Shown here in pieces: positions 58,964 through 64,000 of a DNA stretch of 64,000 bases (the first letter of the stretch is position 1; every line of letters begins with the position of its first letter). The stretch is from Octopus vulgaris. Its lineage: Eukaryota. The stretch lies in contig OX597816.1 in the NCBI GenBank assembly GCA_951406725.2, positions 28,396,001 through 28,460,000 on the forward strand, in the 5' to 3' direction. Below the pieces are notes generated by a model. It was not told the DNA's origin, did not search any database, and saw only the letters and a program-made list of their open reading frames with translations. The position numbers were made by a program, and so were the translations under genes.

Positions 58964-58965
58964 CA
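58880..58965. repeat. (GATA)n microsatellite
   Basis: Pure run. Confidence 0.95.
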
Positions 58966-60404
58966 GATTGATACATATATACATATATACATACATAATA
59001 CATACATACATACGACATTCTCCAGTTGGAGCTGGTTTTAACAAGTGGGAATATAATTGTGATATATGAGTCCGCATCAACTTTATAAAACCATGCAAGG
59101 TCCACTCTACCTATAAATGCTGAGTAGATAACAGCACTTACTAAAAACAAACTTTTCAATAAATATAGCCTAAAACTTTCCATTTAAAGATAATATATTC
59201 ATTAAAACATCTTACTATTTGCCTTCCTTTTTTAGAAAGTATGAAGTTAATTAAAGCGGAGTAAGCAGAATCTAAAGCCATAATGTGAAGATGAATGCAT
59301 TTTATATTGCCGAGGTGAAAGGGTTTTCGTACTGAAGCACACGTAATCAAATTTCTGCTCAAAAAGCCGTTTCGAAGAGATAATCATTGTGCATCAAAAT
59401 ATCTCTTACCATATAAAAGAATTCAAAAAATCTCAGCTACAGCAACTATTGTTTTGTGTGTTGTAAAAATGAATAATAAGAGCTGAGTAAATGTAAATCG
59501 AGTAACCATGATTGTACGGATGTCATGACCTAGGCAATCGCTCGTGAATACATCATATTTAATGTTTAGTTTGACAGTTATGCAAATCATGTAATAAAAA
59601 TAGCCATAGTCATGAGAATTTTGTTGACGATTGCATAAACTGAATGGAGTGTGCTTTTCAATGAATTTGAAAATAATCACACATCGCAACAAAAGACATT
59701 GCAGCCTGTGTAATATAAATGGCTTAAACAAGCGTAATTTTTTTTTCTCAATCAATATTGAATTGCAAAATTGATGAAACGTCGAACAAAATGTTATGTA
59801 GTATTAGGTTAAGATCCTTTAAAGTTTTTTTTTTTTAAATTTTAAATATACACCTACTCAATTTCAGTATATTATTTTTAGATAAATAACTGCTTTGAAG
59901 CAAATGGATATAATCGACAACAAACTCAAAGGCGGTGCTCCATCATGGCCTCATCTTTTTTCTCCTGCAACCATTAGGATTTAAACAAAGAAAAAAAGGC
60001 TTGCATACTATTAAAATCCCCACGTTGACTGGATTAAAGACGTGTCCTGTGTGTTTTTCACATAAAAATGCAGTTGTTCTAACATTTTGTTTTCAAGGTT
60101 TCTTTGTGATAATGTTCTTTCTTATGAACTGTAGCTTATGTAAAGTAATGTAAATGAATGACAAGGAAACATTAATTTACATACAGGTGAATTAACTACC
60201 ATTTTTTTATTCGAAGAGATACGGTCAATGTGAGAATGTGGGAAAGTGTGTGCTCGTGTACATAAGAATTAAGTGATATTAGAAGGGTGACAGAATTTCA
60301 ATATATATTAACTGTAAACAACTTTTGATAGAGAAAACTCATTTTTGTTTAATGTTCTTTTCACCACCAGTCAGGCATTTTGTTTTCAGAAGCCTATTTA
60401 TATA

Positions 60405-60822
60405 TTGGTTTCAAATTTTGGCACAAGTCCAGCAAACTTGGCGGAAGTAGTGAGTCAATTACATCGATCCTGCTACTGAAATGCTACATAATTTATCGAC
60501 TGATAAACGATGAAAGGCAAAGTCAATTTCGGTGAAATTTGAAATCAGAACCAAGACAGACGAAATACTGTGAAATATTTTACCCGGCGTGCTACCGATT
60601 TTGCCACCTCACTACGTTAAATGAAACATATTTATATACCGATTTCAAATTTTGGTACATGGCCATCGATTTCGGGGAACGGTAAAACGATTACATCGAC
60701 CGCAGTGTTGAACTGGTAGTTGTTTTATCGACCCCTAAATTATGAAAGACGAAATCGACCTCAGCGGGATTTGAACACAGAAGCAAAAGACGGACGAAAT
60801 GCTGCTGAACTTTTCTCGGCGA
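60405..60822 (-). mobile_element. two old tandem copies of a family-B-related SINE
   Basis: ttacatcga..tttatcgac..gatgaaaggcaaagtc..gacgaaat repeated twice, each preceded by tttcaaattttgg. Confidence 0.7.
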
Positions 60823-61509
60823 AATTTAATCTTTTAATTTTACTTAATAATTAATAATTAATAACTAAAACCGTTGTTTCAAATATTTTTAATTTCATAT
60901 CCTGCATGTTCAGTTTATAGACTGTACAATATTCGCGATGAGCTGGATGACTTCTCCAGAATTAACGATCCACGTCGAGTTTCTGGAGTGTTTATCGGTT
61001 GATTTAAAGAAAATTTGGCTGCTGTTTCTAGCAAGTCAAGTAGCATCAAGAATTTTCTAACGTATGTGCGTGTTTATATTTAGATGAAAAAAAGTGGATG
61101 CATCATATATTTGAACCTAAGGGGAGGATTAATTCTTATACAAGTCAAGAAGGGAGGGCGAGTAAAAGCTAGAATTGGTGGAAACAAAGAAATGGTGCAG
61201 CCAACAGATCTTTTACCTCTATTCGGTGAGTAATCTCTAAACTTAAATCTAATTTTTAAAAGAAAAATACCCACACGAATCTTTTGACTGCTGAAAATTT
61301 CCTTCCCCTTCTCTCCGTTACTGGCAACAGTACAGAAGGAGGGGGGCAAACAAGCCCAGAACTGTACAACATCCACCTCGTAGTAAAACAGCAGCAGCAG
61401 TAACAGCAACAGCGGTAGCAGTAACAACAGCAGCTGCAGCCGCAACAGTGGCGGCAGTTGGACCTGGACCAAAAGATGTTCGCTAACAAAATAGATAGTA
61501 ATAGTGTAG

Positions 61510-62215
61510 GATGACCACTTTTTAAAACGGTCACCTATTCAAATTATAAATTTGTTATCTGTACTGTCGACGTAGAGAATACGTGTAGGTTAGGACCCGA
61601 GTATTGGAAGATGAACATGTCGTTTCCGGCACGTAAGGCTTACAGGGACCAGGTCAATAATACATCAGAGGTAGGTTATAAACCTGGCTTCGGTGGGGGG
61701 GGGGGGGCTGATTAATTTAGATCAATCGAAAACATTCGATAGGGTCGAATATCGGTATCTGGAGGTTGTCCTCAAAGCGACAGCTTTCGGCCCTGTCTTC
61801 AGGGCTACTTGTGTTTCATCAATCTTTGCAAGCTGCATCCGTCACCGTGATGTGGTTGGACACCTCAGAAATCGGGGTAGTCTGCACTTTGTTGGAATAA
61901 CATGAAAAGCTGGCGGTAGCGAAAATGGCTCGTGTGAGAGGGCCTACTCTACTAATGCGCCTGTAGGCTAGTGAAACTGACAGGGAGAAAGGTGCCCTTT
62001 TCAGATGCCCTCAAAGCGTCGAGTGGTTCAGGATTGGTGATGTACCTGAGTTAATTCCAAGTGGTTACCCTCTATTGAAAAACTTCCATTGTTGTATTCT
62101 TCTGATTTGATATTATTATTGTTTTAATAGTGTACTCATTGGTTTGTGTGAAATCCCCTCTGTCTACGTATACTGTATTGTATCATGTATGTCGGCCGTG
62201 GTGGCCAATGAATGA
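61510..62215 (+). pseudogene. internally deleted Tx1/L1-clade LINE remnant
   Basis: SNYKFVIC..GPEYWKMN (end of APE domain, cf. SDH..G.WKLN) joined to LINLDQSKTFDRVEYRYL..FGPVF (RT, cf. LDQ.KAFDRV.H.YL). Confidence 0.85.
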
Positions 62216-62229
62216 AATAATAATAATAA

Positions 62230-63063
62230 TGCAATGCGAAGAACAAGATAATATGCATCAACACTCTAGCTGTCCCAGTTATAAGTTACAGCTAAAATAT
62301 CTTTTATTGCACACTGAATGAATAATCGAAATAGACAGAAAAACAAGAAAATTACAGGATTTAGTATGCACCACTCAAACTCTGACATAGAAAGGTTATA
62401 TATATACAACGTCTAGAAGGTGGTAGATGCTTTATACAGCTAGGAAACTATTACAAAATAACCACCATTGGATTACAAAAATGCCTACTTCGGAAGCAAG
62501 GAAAAGTAATACAAATAGGCACAAAGCATAAACAAAACAAAAAACTGCTTTCAGTCATTACCGAAGCTGAGAAATACAAGAAAGAAGTCATAGTACCTGA
62601 CAACTATGAATGAAAGAAGAAAGAAACAAACAAAGAAAATAAACAAAATCCTTAAAACAACTGAAATCCAAACTAAAACTGGAACAGCAACGGAAACGGA
62701 TCATGATAAAACGACGGCAAGAAAAGAGCTTCCATAGCAAATACTGGTTAAAACTAACTGCAAAAGAAATATACAAAGTAAAATTCCAACGATGGCTGAG
62801 AAGCTCAGGACTCACAGCAGAGATAATAATAATGATAAACATGCAATGAAAAGAAATACAAGTGCAGAATATGTGGAGATGGACAAGAAACCATAATCCG
62901 TGTAGTCTTTGGCTGCCCAATCCTAGCTAAGAGGGAATATATTCACAGACATGACAGAGTTGGGACCCATATACACAGGACGCTACGTCAACAGAAAGAA
63001 GATGGTATACGAACACGCCGGAAAGCAACCATAGTATGGGATATGACGATACACACAGATAAA
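62230..63063 (+). pseudogene. decayed R4/Dong-type LINE fragment between (TAA)n tracts
   Basis: MHHSNSDIERL..RLEGGRCF, WLRSSGLTAE, CRICGDGQETI..GCPILAKREYIHRHDRVG, TIVWDMTIHTDK. Confidence 0.9.
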
Positions 63064-63106
63064 GACAACAATAACAATAATAATGATAATATTAATAATA
63101 ATAATA

Positions 63107-63152
<46 letters not shown>

Positions 63153-63176
63153 TAATAATGATAATAATAATAATAA
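63064..63176. repeat. (TAA)n microsatellite
   Basis: Direct observation. Confidence 0.95.
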
Positions 63177-63732
63177 ATGCCCTGATGCAGTACCAGGCAG
63201 TGGCTCTCATGGCTTCTGATCTTAACTGATTGGAAGTGTTATCATGCACATTGTTTTGTCTTGGTATAAAAGATGGGCTACAGCAAATATTCTGCTCAAT
63301 ACCACAGATTTGCTTGTCAGTTGTTTGACCTTAACCAGTTGAGCATGTCCCTTAGTGGCTGACGATATGTGCATCTCTGATCACGAGCAGAAGTAGTGGG
63401 GGAGCATCATGGCCATGTGTTGAGAGGGATTCTTTGGAGTTTGAATGGTTCACCTCTGGAAACATAGGTGTTTCGTTCAACATCCTAAAGCAACCCTTAT
63501 TCAGGGACCGTTTGAGCAGGATGGGCTACTCAACCTGAAGAAAATTCTAACTGGGCCCCACCTGCAAGGTCATGTGCTGTTTATCTTGATATGAGATCAC
63601 CATGTCGCGCACATATGGTTGTGATGCATGTGCCTGGTGTACCTTTATCAGACGGGTAGTCATGATGGGTATATTGGGCTTCGTATATTTTACCCCAGTG
63701 TCACTTTGATGGCATGAACTGCTCTCTCACTC
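63177..63732. repeat. ~556-bp non-coding interspersed/tandem unit, copy 1
   Basis: Its first 161 bp recur at 63840-64000 with 5 differences. Bounded by (TAA)n on both sides. Confidence 0.9.
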
Positions 63733-63739
63733 AATAATG

Positions 63740-64000
<261 letters not shown>

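Noticed and set aside
61389-61458. PolyQ-like coding repeat
   Set aside because: An imperfect CAG/CAA run upstream of a LINE relic, with stops in flanking frames and no exon boundaries.

Overview
AT-rich eukaryotic (metazoan) genomic DNA that is intergenic or deep-intronic and saturated with repeats. The SINE set, the TTAGGG-type telomeric motif and the extreme (TA)n/(CA)n/(CATA)n/(GATA)n/(TAA)n density are most consistent with a coleoid cephalopod such as Octopus (inference from recall, not a database search). I find no intact host protein-coding gene. Almost every ORF in the track is a microsatellite translation or a piece of a decayed transposon. Decayed elements I can recognise are a hAT (Buster/Charlie-type) transposase, four mariner copies, Tc1 elements, two R4/Dong-type and two HERO-type RLE LINEs, a Tx1/L1-type LINE, weak CR1 and RTE remnants, MITEs, and at least three tRNA-derived SINE families. 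Four signals stand out. (1) Short Penelope-like fragments, mostly in (TA)n tracts, carry minimal hammerhead-ribozyme folds with covarying helices but non-canonical cores. (2) A mariner 5' half is joined in frame to a Tc1 3' half at nearly the homologous point of the catalytic domain. (3) A ~556-bp non-coding unit is repeated in tandem between (TAA)n tracts next to an R4/Dong relic. (4) Three SINE dimers share the same junction. Family assignments come from hand translation and motif recall, and the boundaries of decayed elements are approximate.
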